DNA of 64,000 nt from Styela clava (lineage: Eukaryota), in assembly GCF_964204865.1 (NCBI RefSeq), contig NC_135252.1:16988001-17052000 (forward strand), written 5' to 3'. The notes under the pieces were generated by a model that ran no database searches, was not told the origin of the DNA, and saw only the letters and a list, made by a program, of their open reading frames with translations. Shown one piece after another: positions 37,611 through 50,900 of the stretch. Made by a program: the position numbers and the translations under genes. Numbering within the stretch: the stretch's first letter is position 1; every line of letters begins with the position of its first letter.

Positions 37611-40600
37611 CCTCTAAGACTCTATTAACTAAAAATGTAATGAGTGGAAACAGAATTTCTCAAACGTGAAATAATGCTACACTTGGGTTTTAAAAGTAAC
37701 TGGTAGAGTCGTTAAGTCACTACATAAATACTTGAAGACTCAGTCAACAAAGCACTTAAGTTGGATAATAGAGCACTTGACAAATATAGTTTTGAGTAAC
37801 AATTTCAACGACTTGAAATCTTTTTCGAATCGACTTTATGTCTATGAGTTGATAATTTCGAACAGTGGGAGGAAACAATTATTTTATCGCTGTTTTATCG
37901 ATCTTTGTTAGACAAAAGTTTTGCTAGTTCGAATTGCGCTTCTAATTGGCAAAACTAACTAAGGGATTATTTATACTGATGGCAATGATGTGATGTCTGT
38001 ATACAAAATCTCTGATTTTAGCAAGGTTAGCATTGCTTTGACTACAACCTCTGTAAATATTAGTAAAAAGGCAGGATGTCTGGGCTGAACCACAAGGCCA
38101 CGACAAAACATCTGACAATTCTCACCTTAGAAAAATTACCATGAATTTATATTGACCTAAAATAGGTTTTGGCTCCTGGCCTATAGTAATTCCGTAAATA
38201 TAGATATCTCACTTGGTAATTGTGACTGAACATATATCATATGATAAAGAATCGTTGTCAATATTTGATCTCTTTACCTGTACAAATATTGTCTGCTTTC
38301 TCTGTTTACATTACTAAATGACGTCGCATGCGTTAGTATTTGCTTTCCAAGAACAAGTGCTCCCTTGCGATTTGTATTATTAACAATAACGGTATCATCT
38401 GTATTTCGACAGATAGATAGAAAAAAATGTAAATTACTAATGAATTTTTAGTGCTTTTCCACTAACTACCTCATATTTTCTGTATAAAATTTGTCATTTT
38501 CTTTCTCAATACGAATTTAACGCCTAGCTTTTCATTTTCACAGTACTGATCATTTGCCGAATTTAATTGTAAAATCAAATACAGAAATTTGTTCTTGAAA
38601 GTATTCTTGAAATGATGTCGCCAAAATAATGCGTATCTCTTGTCCCACACTTGTCCCTTGTTTAGCAAATTTGCCTCACGTTGCTACATTCGATCAAAAG
38701 TCCTGTGTCAGTGTAGATATGTATTGTAGGGCTAATCGTTAAAGCAAGCATATGAAGTGTAATTCATGCTATGTTCTGGGTTAAGACATATTTAATACTT
38801 TGACAGAAGGTTACAGTATTCATATAAAGTGAGATTGCTACAATTGACAAGTGTGCGGGCAAGTGAGACACGAAATTTTTGATATTTTCTTCTCTAAGTT
38901 GCACGTATGCACTTTGACATTACAGATTGTTTTCATGATCAGTTTCATAAAAAAACTTTAGATTTCAACTGTAATATATGAGCTCAAAAGAATATAAAAT
39001 TTTTGGATTCATTTTTGGTATTGTGTAAAATAATGCAATCTGATATAGTATTTCAAAATGTTGCCTGAAGATAGGGCAATTATGGCCACGCTACAGCTGG
39101 TATTAAGTCCAGTGGTATTAGGAACCATTCTAATTCTAGAGACACATAGATACAAATCAATGCCATATACTAACATGCCACGTTAGGGTCGGCGTTTGTG
39201 TTGAACTTCGTCAGTGCAAATTTGTTCATTGCAAACTTGAGTGTTCATATTTGAAATAAAACACAACAGCCAAACACATCGAAATACAAACACAGGTGAA
39301 TACACAGTTACAGGCAGACGGAATGTATAATACTATGAGAAAGGAAACAAATTGTCCACGAATTCTAAGTAAAATATTTTATTGTTAAGTTTCTTATTGC
39401 TGGCATGCGAACCACGATTAGATGCATAATTTTCCAAATTATAAACCACAAACTATTTCGTATAGAAAAACAGCATAGGAGTTAATTCTACAAATCTGAT
39501 CGTAAAATATTAATAAATCATAAACCTAGCGATATTTTCACAATAGCAGAGTCTACAATTTATTCATCTGCAGTGAACATTCGTTGTTGTAACCAAACAT
39601 TATTCAGACAGTTTTATTGTTCCACCCCTTGTATAAATAGCGAGAACGCGTGCGGCTTTCCAAGTTTGCTATCGTGCCGTAACGGTGAGGAGACGTTGTG
39701 GAAAATATGTCAGACAACGCCCTGATATAATTATTGCTAGGTTGTCTTAGCTTTCAGATTTCGGGCTGTTCATATTTGTTAAATAAAATCTTCTGTCGTC
39801 GTAAACATGTTCTTGGCTCTGTAGCGTTCAGAATTTGAAGTGAGATATATAGAGTGTAAATGTTAGAATTTTGTTTTGCAGTTTGAGATTAACATGAGAA
39901 TATAAATAGCCATGCTCATTCTATTGTGACTTTGTAATTTCGAACGCATTTTGCGAGTATGATTTGCGATGGGGCCGTACCACCAACCTTGATAGGAGCG
40001 ATTTCGTGAAAAAAATAAAACGTCACTTTAATTCTTTTTCTTTGATTTTTTTTAACCCTATTTCAAGGTTTACGAGTTTGACATACACTAATATAACGAA
40101 ACCCATTTAAAAATTCTATGTTAATGTGATTTTTGTATGTAACTATATGTATTGGTGTGTTCCCATTTCCCACTGAATGCAATAATGATAAGTTTTTGTC
40201 TTTCAACATCCGGTATCATGTAACCTACGGTCACCAAACAACGTGAAGAAATTGTTGAATAAAATATGAAATATATTTCGAGGAAAGACGTTTCGACATT
40301 TGGATGTACACGAACAATTTGTTCTGGTTCTCAATGCAATAAGCTTTCAAGTATTGAGACCTTTCCACCTTTTAGCGCTGCAACCTAATTTGTCTATGCT
40401 CATTTGCTTGTAAATGTAATCGATAACAAATTACTTAAGTATGGACCAGAGGAAATTTGTGCCAGACCATGATTTGATACCTAAAAGAAGCATTGCACCA
40501 AAAAAATCAATTTTAATAAGAAAATAAATCGATAAGTTTATTAAATTGAATTTCCTGAAGTTTTAAATATTCTATTTTAGGTAGTTTTAAAAATAGTTTT

Positions 40601-41011
40601 TGCCTACATATACTATCCTTTCTGAATTTGTCCACAATGCTAGTTAGGCAGAAGAACCCTGGCGGATGATAATGCTTTCTCTTCATCATGTAGAACTGAC
40701 CGTCGCCAGTAGGTAATAGTAGTTTCAATTAGGAAAATGAGCAGCTTTCTACTTACAATATTGATAATTGAGTATCGAGAAATTTACTCGTTTGATATAG
40801 TATATATTGCATCTTTCGGCTTTGTTTTACAAACGCGTGATTTACCTTCATTCCGTCAATTTTTTTTTGTAAAAATAGAAAATGAAAACTGAGATTTCGT
40901 GAGACAATTCATTCAACCATTTGACAATGGAAATCAATAATTTTCCACATTTATCGGAAAAGTTTTCTCAAATGTCGTTTTAATGGAGCCATGATTCGAC
41001 ATGGATGCGTA

Positions 41012-43511
41012 CACTCTAAGAAATATTTACCGGCAATCGCCTGGCATTACATATTACTGGAATGTAGTTGTGAAATTTTAATGCGATTTTAAGGTGAATA
41101 TCACAAGAATTTTCGGTAAAATCGCTGTTGATCACCTGTAAATTTTACAGGATTTCCCTAGTAATCCTTACAATTTTTTTACGGTAATTTTCACCGACAA
41201 TGCGTAGAAATATTTACCGACGCTAGCCTGTGAATTTACATTACAAATTCGGTGAATTTACATTCAGAACACGGTACAAAATTACCGTAAATATCCTGGC
41301 ATTACATTTTACAGGACATGATCAGTAAAAATCACAGACTATTATTCTATGAAACAAGGTTTATTCAAAAAATAAATGTGAACGTGAAATGAATGATTAA
41401 ACTTGGAAAAATGAGAAATTGTATAGTGAAAAGTTAGAAATGCGAGGTAAACAGAAACTTCTTGTTGAAGAAGTTTATGCTCGCAGGGTATCCGTTCACA
41501 TAGTTTCTTTAAACAAGTCTCTATAGACAGTCCTTGTGAGAGAATAGTCTATGGCAGAAGGGGAGTCTTTCCGGGTTAGTGTTGCCCATGCTGATTGTAT
41601 TGCATTATCCATTTGCTTTTACGAACTCTTACGAACTGGTATTTTCTTCTTCATAACTTCAAGTTATCTGAAATGGAATGTACAAAGAGTTTTACCCAAA
41701 CAACTCCAAAATTTAAAAATATTACCTAATTTTCGAATAAGATTTAACATTTTGTAGTATTCAACCAACCAATCTAATTCTTTTGCAAGTGAGAAATATC
41801 TGAAATTATTTAATTGCATATACTAGCATACATTACAATATCCCACCTTTCTATAAACTTTTATATTTTCTTTTCCTCTTGGAGTTCAAGGACAAAAATC
41901 TGTGGGCAATCAATCGATACAGACTTTTCCAGTATTACCAAACTTTGTAGATCAGATGGAAGAGGTACCTGAAATAGTATTTAAATGGAATAAATTATTT
42001 AAAAGTCCCTAAATAATAAAAATTACACTCCTAATACTTTATTGCCAGAGCAGATGACAAAGTTCCTCTTTTAGCAATTTAAAATTAACATTATAACTAA
42101 CCTCAAATACTTCTTCCTTGAAATAACATGTTAGTAAGAATCTCAAATATTTTGAAGCCTTTGACATTGAATTTTTCACAGTTCAGAGTTGGGGCAGACA
42201 ATTTGTTCATGCCTGCATAATCAGATTCTTCAGTTTCTAAAGCGAAAACACTGTTAAAAAGGAATGTATTCATTCCCCAACTTCATTATATGTAATATGT
42301 TCAAATTCGGTCTTATTCAAAGGAGAAATTCAACCAAATTTATAGAAATGGTTTTAGTAAATATGCAGAATAAGGTAGATAAATGTTGTTTTAATTTTCT
42401 ATTTATAGTGTCATAAGTTAAAGGGAAATCTAGTGTTTTTATGACAGTTAAATGTGAATTGCTGTTTTTCAAATTAAACTGTTCTGAATTAGTCCTAGAA
42501 TCAATAATTTAAAATATCATTATCAAATATGTCTGTCTGTAGATGATTTGCAATCACTGAATCAGTATATAAATATATGAGTATATGTAATTGATACCTG
42601 TTTATTCTAATGCCATATTCTTCAAGCCACGGTTTCTGGGTGTAGAGCAACGTCACCCCTTCCCCTGTCTGCCTGTTCATGTGTTCCCTGTAGTCCAGTC
42701 TGGGTTTGCGATCATCATAAAGCTGTTGGTAATTTGACGGTTTATCTTGATTCAGTAATTAGATGTTAACATTTCAAGTCTAGAGCTGTAAAGAGGGCAT
42801 ATTCAGATATTGTATTGTCATTTCAACATTCTGACATTTGCCAGTCTACTGACAAAAAAAATTCAGACTTGGTAATACGAATTAAGCTCTGGCTGTGTTA
42901 AGTATCGACAGGCGTAACATGGATCTGCATCCAATCAACCTTATACCAGTACCGTATACTACTGTACTGTCAGACTGTTATAGCCAGTATGTCTGTATGT
43001 ATTCATATATATATTAATTCAGTAATTGGTACGGTATACAGGTATAGATCTTACCCTACTTCCAGACTGCCCCATAATCACACTGAACAATACATTAATA
43101 ACCAGCACTAAATAACACAACACCTGCACTGACATTATTGAATCCAAGATGCATTGCCTTAGGATTAGAGAAATACTGCCAACGCATTACTGAAGTAATA
43201 ACAAAAGCGACCAAGATATAAATGTCGGCTGACCAAATATCGAAGTCCAAAAGTCTGGAATTCGTCAAATCAAACGGACAAATTAAGGAGTAAAGCAACA
43301 AAAAACCGCGCGTGATAAATTACGCGTTTGAAATAAAGCGTCTCATTGGCTGCTCTTCTTTACCAGTGTGCGCGCCCAACATTGACTAATGCCACGCCTC
43401 CAATGTCGGTGATTATTACCGACATTTGTCGGTGAATCAGTTTACCGACCTTATTTTTTAATTTTTTACCCCTAAAATGACGGTAAAATTTACCGAACAT
43501 TTCTTAGAGTG
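41012..43511. mobile_element. CACTA/EnSpm (CMC)-like non-autonomous DNA transposon
   Basis: Termini CACTCTAAGAAAT.. / ..ATTTCTTAGAGTG flanked by TA on both sides; dense subterminal ttaccg / tttacag / cggtaa repeats at 41020-41330 and 43400-43500. Superfamily assigned from the CACT terminus and 2-bp TSD. Confidence 0.72.
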
Positions 43512-46500
43512 TACATTAGGAAAGTTACAAAGTGGGGTCAATATTGTAAATGAGCAATTGATACCTTTCATAAAGAATTAAATTGATATTTGCACACTTA
43601 CTAAGAATTCCAGTAAAATTTACTGGCATTCTTATGATATATCATTAAATGAGATGCAAATAAATCTATCAATTCTTGCTCTACAAGCGGAAATCTTGGC
43701 GATTAACTAGGATGATTGAAGAATACTTTATTATTTTTTCAAAAATATTCTCGCTATTCTATTCGTATAATGGTTTAGTAAGGAATCATAATTTTTAATA
43801 TTTGTACGACAATTTTCCGTAAATTTATTATTATTAGTAAAAGTTGTGATTCAAAAAGAGATTTCCATTTGAAATAACAGACGTAACCTATCCAAGAAGT
43901 TTAATTACAAATGCTGAATAAAATTCGTTGGAAATTTTAGCTGTATTGATCAGTAAGTGGCTGGAGGACTCAAAAGTGACGTGTATACTCTACCTTCTTT
44001 TGATCTTTCGACTATTTCTACGTTATCGTTAATCATGTTTACGACAAACTTCGCGAAATTTGAGATAATAGATTCGAAAAATGCCTAGTTGCTTTGAATA
44101 CATTAAAATTTAATGCAAAGTTAGCTGTTTAAATCTTAAAGATAAGAACGTGACGATGTGCTCAAGGCATGACCCCCATTCATGCCATCAATATTGCATT
44201 GCGTTAACTTTCAACAGAAAACGCGTGGCTGGATATGATTTGTGATTGGCGCTATATAACAGCAAATTTCGAGTTTTAAGTTTTTGGTCAAGTATACAAT
44301 CAACAAAGTATCCATGTTCGAATACAAAACGGCGAATCTTTGTAGAGCGTATGCATTGTGAGTGGTTAGAGCAATGAGTTTCAGGCAGAGTTCCGCGTCA
44401 ACCTAAGGTTCCGCCAGTATAGTACCGGGTTCAGTGAGTTTATATTCAAACCCGAGAGTCATTATTATTATATGTATATTGTTTAAATACCTATGCCACT
44501 GTTATCAAGCTTGCTACATTTTAAAGATAATTTTGGTTTGCTTTCATATATATTTAAAGCTAATACAATTTCCGTTACATTCTTACAAGTATTGTACAGG
44601 GGTTGCTTGGGCCTCTGAAAGGTTTCATTGCGTTCCGTTCCCTTGAAAGTTGAAAACCACTGCGTAAGAGCATTGGGTGGACTGAAGTCTGTTACAATAG
44701 TTACATGATAGAGATAATTCCCAAACTCAGTATTCTACTCAAGGTGCATCGCATTAAATAAGATTGCCAAAATGAGTTGTTTGAGTTCATCGTCTAGAAC
44801 CAGGGGTGGGCAGAGTTTTTAAACCAGGGGCTAAAATGGGCCGGATTTGGCCCACGGGCCGTAGTTTGCCCGCGTCTGGTCTAAAATTTAGATCATGGTT
44901 TTCTAATCCTTCTGTTCATCGTTCCATATTCGACAACTTAAGATTGGCTCGTGCACACCCCATATTGTTATTGGACAATTTTATTCAGGTGAACTGCAAA
45001 AGTAGACTTGGTATTTACTGTAGTTGTAGTTACAGCTTTTATTTTGAGGAAAGTGTAAGTGCCTATAAGATGTTCTTAAACTAAGTTCTTTAAGGTGTTA
45101 ATATGAATAATAAATATTTTAGGGAATAATATAAGGTATGAAGAGATATCCTTACACTTATCTCTTGAAAAGTCGAAATACATTCTCGGGGGCACATGTA
45201 CCTCTGTTTAGTAAACCCTGGTCTAGACATACCAGACAACTTTTCTACTGTAAGTGTTCATTTACGTCGATCCGTATTTGGCGCCATGTTGTAATGCCGA
45301 AATTAAGCTCAAAAGGAAATGATATAGAAAAAATTAATGTACTGAAACTGATTATAGCACAAAACTAAAATTATAATTTTTCTCGTGTTTTTTTCTTTCA
45401 CGTATTCAAAAAAGGACGAACACCTGCCAACGCTACCAATTCCCTCCAATGGTGCCCTTCGAAACACTTTAAATCATATTTGACGTATTATCATCGCACT
45501 TGTTCAGAATCTTTTGAATTATGATAAATAAAATATTATGTAAATTATAAAATATTTATCTTTTATAAATATAAAAGTGTATATCAAAGAAACGATTCTT
45601 GATTGATTGGATAATGTTTCAACCACCAAAGCGAAATAAAGTATGTTTAGTCTACTTTAAGTATATAGTGACTGTGAAAAATATATGTCTAAGCAGTTTA
45701 AAAACATGCAATTTTGACAGAGACTTACATCTGATTTACAATCCAGTTGGTTTTATATTTAAATAATTTCTTCCCGAATGAAATCATTTTAAAATTGAAC
45801 AATTTACTTAAAGATTGATTTAATTAGGGGTTTTCGTTCTTAATTATGGATACAGAGTAATTGAACGTCTACGCACCACATTGGCATAATTATACGTTAC
45901 GTGGACTTGAGTTCGTTTATGCAATTAAATGAGAGAACATTTACTTCGATCGAAAGGGTCGGCATTGCTTCCGATATCGATCTATAGGAAGGTTGCCTGA
46001 ACAATTTGTTTCCACGCTGTTAGTTATTGGGTAGAATGAATGTCGAATAGAAATAATAACTTTTTTTTTAGATTTTGTTCCAAGCTTCGAGCTTACTCAT
46101 CGCAGAGCAGAATAGACTGCCTAATACTAAATTAGGCAAAAAAGATAAATTTTCGAAAGACATGGTTCACTTCAAATTGTGCCAAAGTGGCGTTTAGCCA
46201 GCGTGACCATGAATTGATCGCACTTAAGTGGGAATTTATACAAAATATCTAAGGCATGGAAGATTTGTAGACAGGAATGCTATTTTTTAAAGTAAAAGTA
46301 AAGGAAATGGATTTGTATTTGTGATTCTAAGTTTGTTTTTCTTGCGATAACAAGTCAAGTGAAATTAATCGAGTTAGTGACTGAGTGAATACATGCTGAA
46401 GCGAAAGTGTCAAATAAAATACTATTATTTGGTACTTAGAATGTAAACAACTTTGTTTGATTATTTGGGAGGAGAGAGGGGGGAGGGAGATGGGGATTTG

Positions 46501-47659
46501 TTCCACAAAAAGAGTATGATTTGCAAATAAGTATATTATTTCTCGTATACGAAGCTCATGTTTTCAATCCTTAGCTAGCTTGTTCAAGTTGTGAATCATT
46601 GTTTAGGAATTCGTTTTACAAAATATTATATTTGAGATAAATCCATTAATTAGTATATTTTACATGATTTATTAAATTTTTATTCCATTTTTTATCACGT
46701 GTTATTTTTTGATTTACAATGATGCTTTCTCATATCGCTTAAACACTTTGCGTGACTGTTAGTGTTATTTCTGTATCAGAAAAAATATGTTTCAATTTTT
46801 TATTTTGGGTAAAAATACTATGTTTGTTACTTCAAGTTGACCAAGACACTCAAATTACATTTTGCCCGGTTTGTCTTCGCTTCAAAACTGCGACTAAAAC
46901 TCACGACTAATCTAATTTCACTTTATAGATCTTAATTTTAAGTTGGGTTACCATAAATAGACATTGGAATCAATATTAAATTTGTCTAATGTTAGCGTAA
47001 ATACATTCAAACACAATTGGTAGTCACCCTTTTTATCGGTTGGTTGAATCTCAGAGTTTTATTTAACATTTGTAAAAAGTTATTCAATTTTTTTTTTGAA
47101 ATTCAGGTTTCATTAATTACGCCATTCATTGTTGTCATTAAAATTGACCAAACAGACATGCTTATTCTTGAAATTATCAACGAGAGAGGATTTTATATGC
47201 AAACGCAAATGTTATATCTTGTTAGACACGCTAGAATATTTTTACTCATTCTATCGGAATTTTATCGACCCTGGATAGTGGGTACCATAAAACTTCGTTA
47301 CTAAACTCATATCAGGTAACTGGTAATTTAACAGGTTTCTTGAAAAGTTAAGCCATGATTTACAATTGAGGGTGAGGAGAAACGGAACATCGTGTGGCCT
47401 TACTGGGTGCGTATTTTTCGCTTGGGCACCCACGTTCTAAATCTTTCACGTTTTTAGCGAGGTGGACACGCAATATCAGTTTATGGTTATGATCTGACGC
47501 ACGTATACGTTAACGAGTTTGCCTCCATTACCGTACCCACCGAGGACACAAAGATAATCCTTTAAAGTAACTTCAAAAACACGGGATCGCTATTTAAATG
47601 AAATTCACAAGAGATGCTGTAGTGATATTCATACTTATCTGAAATTGTAAATTAAGTTA

Positions 47660-47990
47660 TCGGCATAGAGCCTAGCGTTGAGATACAATTCACAACGGTG
47701 ATTGGATAAATTCCTTTTATTTTTATTATTTGTGCGATAAAATGTCGCGCAATATTTGCATCAACGAAATTCTAGGTAGAGATTTACTGAAATTGGAAAA
47801 AGTCGAGAGATGCTCGTATTTATCTGACATTGTAAAACAAGTCATTGGCATAGAGCAAGGCGAAGTAAAGTATAAATTACTTTTTGTCGACTGTGATTAA
47901 ATGTCTGCACTTTCATCCCCATTGCGATAAAATACCCGCACTATATTTGCATCAACGAAAATCTGCGTATCAATTTACTGAAATACTTCA
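47660..47990 (+). repeat. Diverged tandem duplication of about 190 bp
   Basis: ggcatagagc and tgcgataaaat..gc.atatttgcatcaacgaaa.tct....a..atttactgaaat each occur twice, about 190 bp apart. Confidence 0.55.
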
Positions 47991-50900
47991 GTTATCGTTT
48001 TGTATTTCTTTCAAGTATGATTTCAAGAATAACTTCTCATATATTGGCACAAAGGCGTAAAAGTAAACAGTCTGGAGTTCCCTGTCAATAAGATATTAGA
48101 CAACAACTTGATATGATATTGGGTGTTCCTGGTCAATAGAGAACGGGAAATACCGTCACGCTCAGATAAATTTGCGATGTTATGAATTCATATCTGTCTC
48201 GTGAACGTAATATGTTCACAACTTGAAATGTTTTTATTAATATTTTTATAGCCTCAATAAAATTTGAGTTTATGAGACAGATGGATGACGCCACTTTCTG
48301 AATATGAACGATGTTTGCTGTTTTGTTGATTCATGGCTTGTTTTCAGTAACAGCTACACGAACGAGATCCGTCTATTTTCAAGCTCATTTTTTTAGCGAC
48401 TTTAAAAGCTTTATATGTCCGGAAAATCGCCTAATCCAGAATTTAAAATGTGCTTTGTGACAGGATTAATTAACGGATGCCTTTCAGTGACGTAGCAAGG
48501 GTATTATTATATGTCTTGAGGTCGTTGAAACAGCGCGTCTTTATGTTGTGTGAATTAAAAGTTATATTGGTGGTATATTATTTTCGTATGCGAGTTAAAG
48601 CAAGTTTTTAAAATATATCATTTATTGGTGAGATTTTCTTAAGTTTTCATAAATTCTATAAATATCTGGACTTGACTTTAATTTTCGAACAACAGTTTTA
48701 GATCATAATTCTGAACTATTCCATTTCATTCGAGTCTTGCTGTTTAAATAGAATAGTTATCTTTATTTTAGTTATTTTACAGCATCCTTGCATTATACAC
48801 ATACGGCTCCACAAAGTCATGGAGCATAGAAAGGTAGTAAATTTCACGTAATCCCAACTGATAGTTATATTTCTGAAGTTTCCCCATTTAAAAACAGAAA
48901 ACATACATCTATTTATATGTAAACATGCATTAGTCTACGAGGGAAAGCGTAACTTTACATCAGATTCTTTTTTAATTGAACACTTGCCTTACGAGGTATA
49001 TCGCCATTAAACTAGGGAATGCTATTATTTTCACTACTTCTAGAAACTAAAAAGAGATTTTAGAAAAACGAAACAAAAACGAAAAATTGTGATGTATAGT
49101 TTACGGACATTGTTTTGAGTAAAGCTTATAATATACAGAAATGAACTTGTTAATTCCTCCCATTTGTCTTTTAATGATATGTTTCTACCCGCAAATATTT
49201 GCCCAACTAAGAACCGAACGAGCGTTAACAGAAGTTGAGGCAATCGTATTCGAAAAATTATCCATGATCATGTTTTATCGAGTAAAAATAGATTTTTGGT
49301 TGTAATCATAAGCAAATGTATTTCAATGTTTTGAGGAAACAACCAATACCACCATCGGAATGCGCAAGTATAAGTGAGCAAAGTTCCATTACCATGTCTG
49401 GGTTGTATTTACGTCGACCCCATGCCAGATTTTTCATAAATGAGTCAGAGTGAATAGGCTGGGTTACACAGTTAGGCTTATTCTATTATCGAACCATGAT
49501 TGACCTTGTTGTCTGTACATCCCATCTAGTCAGTGGGATATTTGTTTGACAGCCAAATTGAAGATGTGCTGATGGGTTAAAATCCGGTAATGTAGAAAGG
49601 TGCTGTACTCAAGATAGTTCGCAACAAAAAGCATTTTAGCTCTCTTTGTCATGCTTTTTCGGAGTACTTTCTATGTCTTACTCAATCAGATGCACTTGAC
49701 TTGAAGTTGACCATATCCAATTATTGTCGAAGTACTTGGAAATTCGCTTCAACGTAACTGGTCTTTTCATTTTACAAATACCATGTTAGACTATATAATG
49801 AAGAAGTAAAACTGTTGTGTGTTGTTGATATTTAAGGCCAGAACAATATTGCTTTGAGAGTCGTTTTGCTATCAATCGCAATCCGTGACATATTTTTGTT
49901 ACCTCATAATGGGGGTTTATGCCATGACATTTCGCTAAAATATCAAGTTGAAATTAGGATTAAAATATATACATTCTACGTAATATTGAAGCAGTGAGTA
50001 CCATGTAGTTTTATCGTTATTCGAAATAAAGAGTCGTAATAAAAACGCATTGCTACGTATTTCTGCTAATCATTATAATTTTTAATTAAAAAAAATTAAG
50101 TCTCGTTCTCTTTAGCCGGAATCCGATATATCATGGCTGCGGGCAAATTGTCATCGCGGCCTCGGTTGCTTTTGTTATTATAATAATTTTGTCGTAATCT
50201 CAACATTTAGAAGTATTTAAAATGTGAGATCGATGCTACCAGAATGTAAAGCATGTGTTGCAGCGTATTATGTCGCGCGAAAGTGATTCTAAAGTTTGAT
50301 GATCAGTCGTGGTTACGCGAGACGATTTACCTATTCTTGCTCTATGCATAGGTGAATCCGTGAGCGTAAAATTCAAGGATAAATCTTACTAAACATAGGA
50401 AAAGACTTGGTCAGTGTACATGGTAAACTGCACTACGAGAAACGACCAAACAGGGAAAGAGCAGATCAGAAACAATTACGATGACTAAGTGAAAGATGAT
50501 TAAATATATTTTCTGTTGATTACTATTACTCATATTATTAGAGATAACTAATTACTGCTTGGTTTTGTTCGATTGAAATTGATGAATTGGCTGATCGTTG
50601 CTCCCGAGAGGAGATTAATGTGTAACGATAGGTATTGAGTTTGCCATTAATCAAATAGTTAGTATATTTCAATTGAATTTTAATATATTCAATATTATTA
50701 TATTCAATTAAATAAAATTAGATCTTTCCTGAAAAAAGTTTGTTCAAAGCAAGCTTTCAACGAAAAGTAGAAAGATAAATATTAAAATATTTGAAGCAAA
50801 CGCAGACGCGGAGTTTATTTACGGACTTATATCTTCGCGATAAAAGTGTCAACAGATAATAGTTCACGCTAGACTTAAAACAATTTAAGTCAAAATGTCA

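Noticed and set aside
39585-39807. Possible solo LTR (TG..TATAAATA..AATAAA..CA)
   Set aside because: No target site duplication or second copy in the window; cannot be supported.
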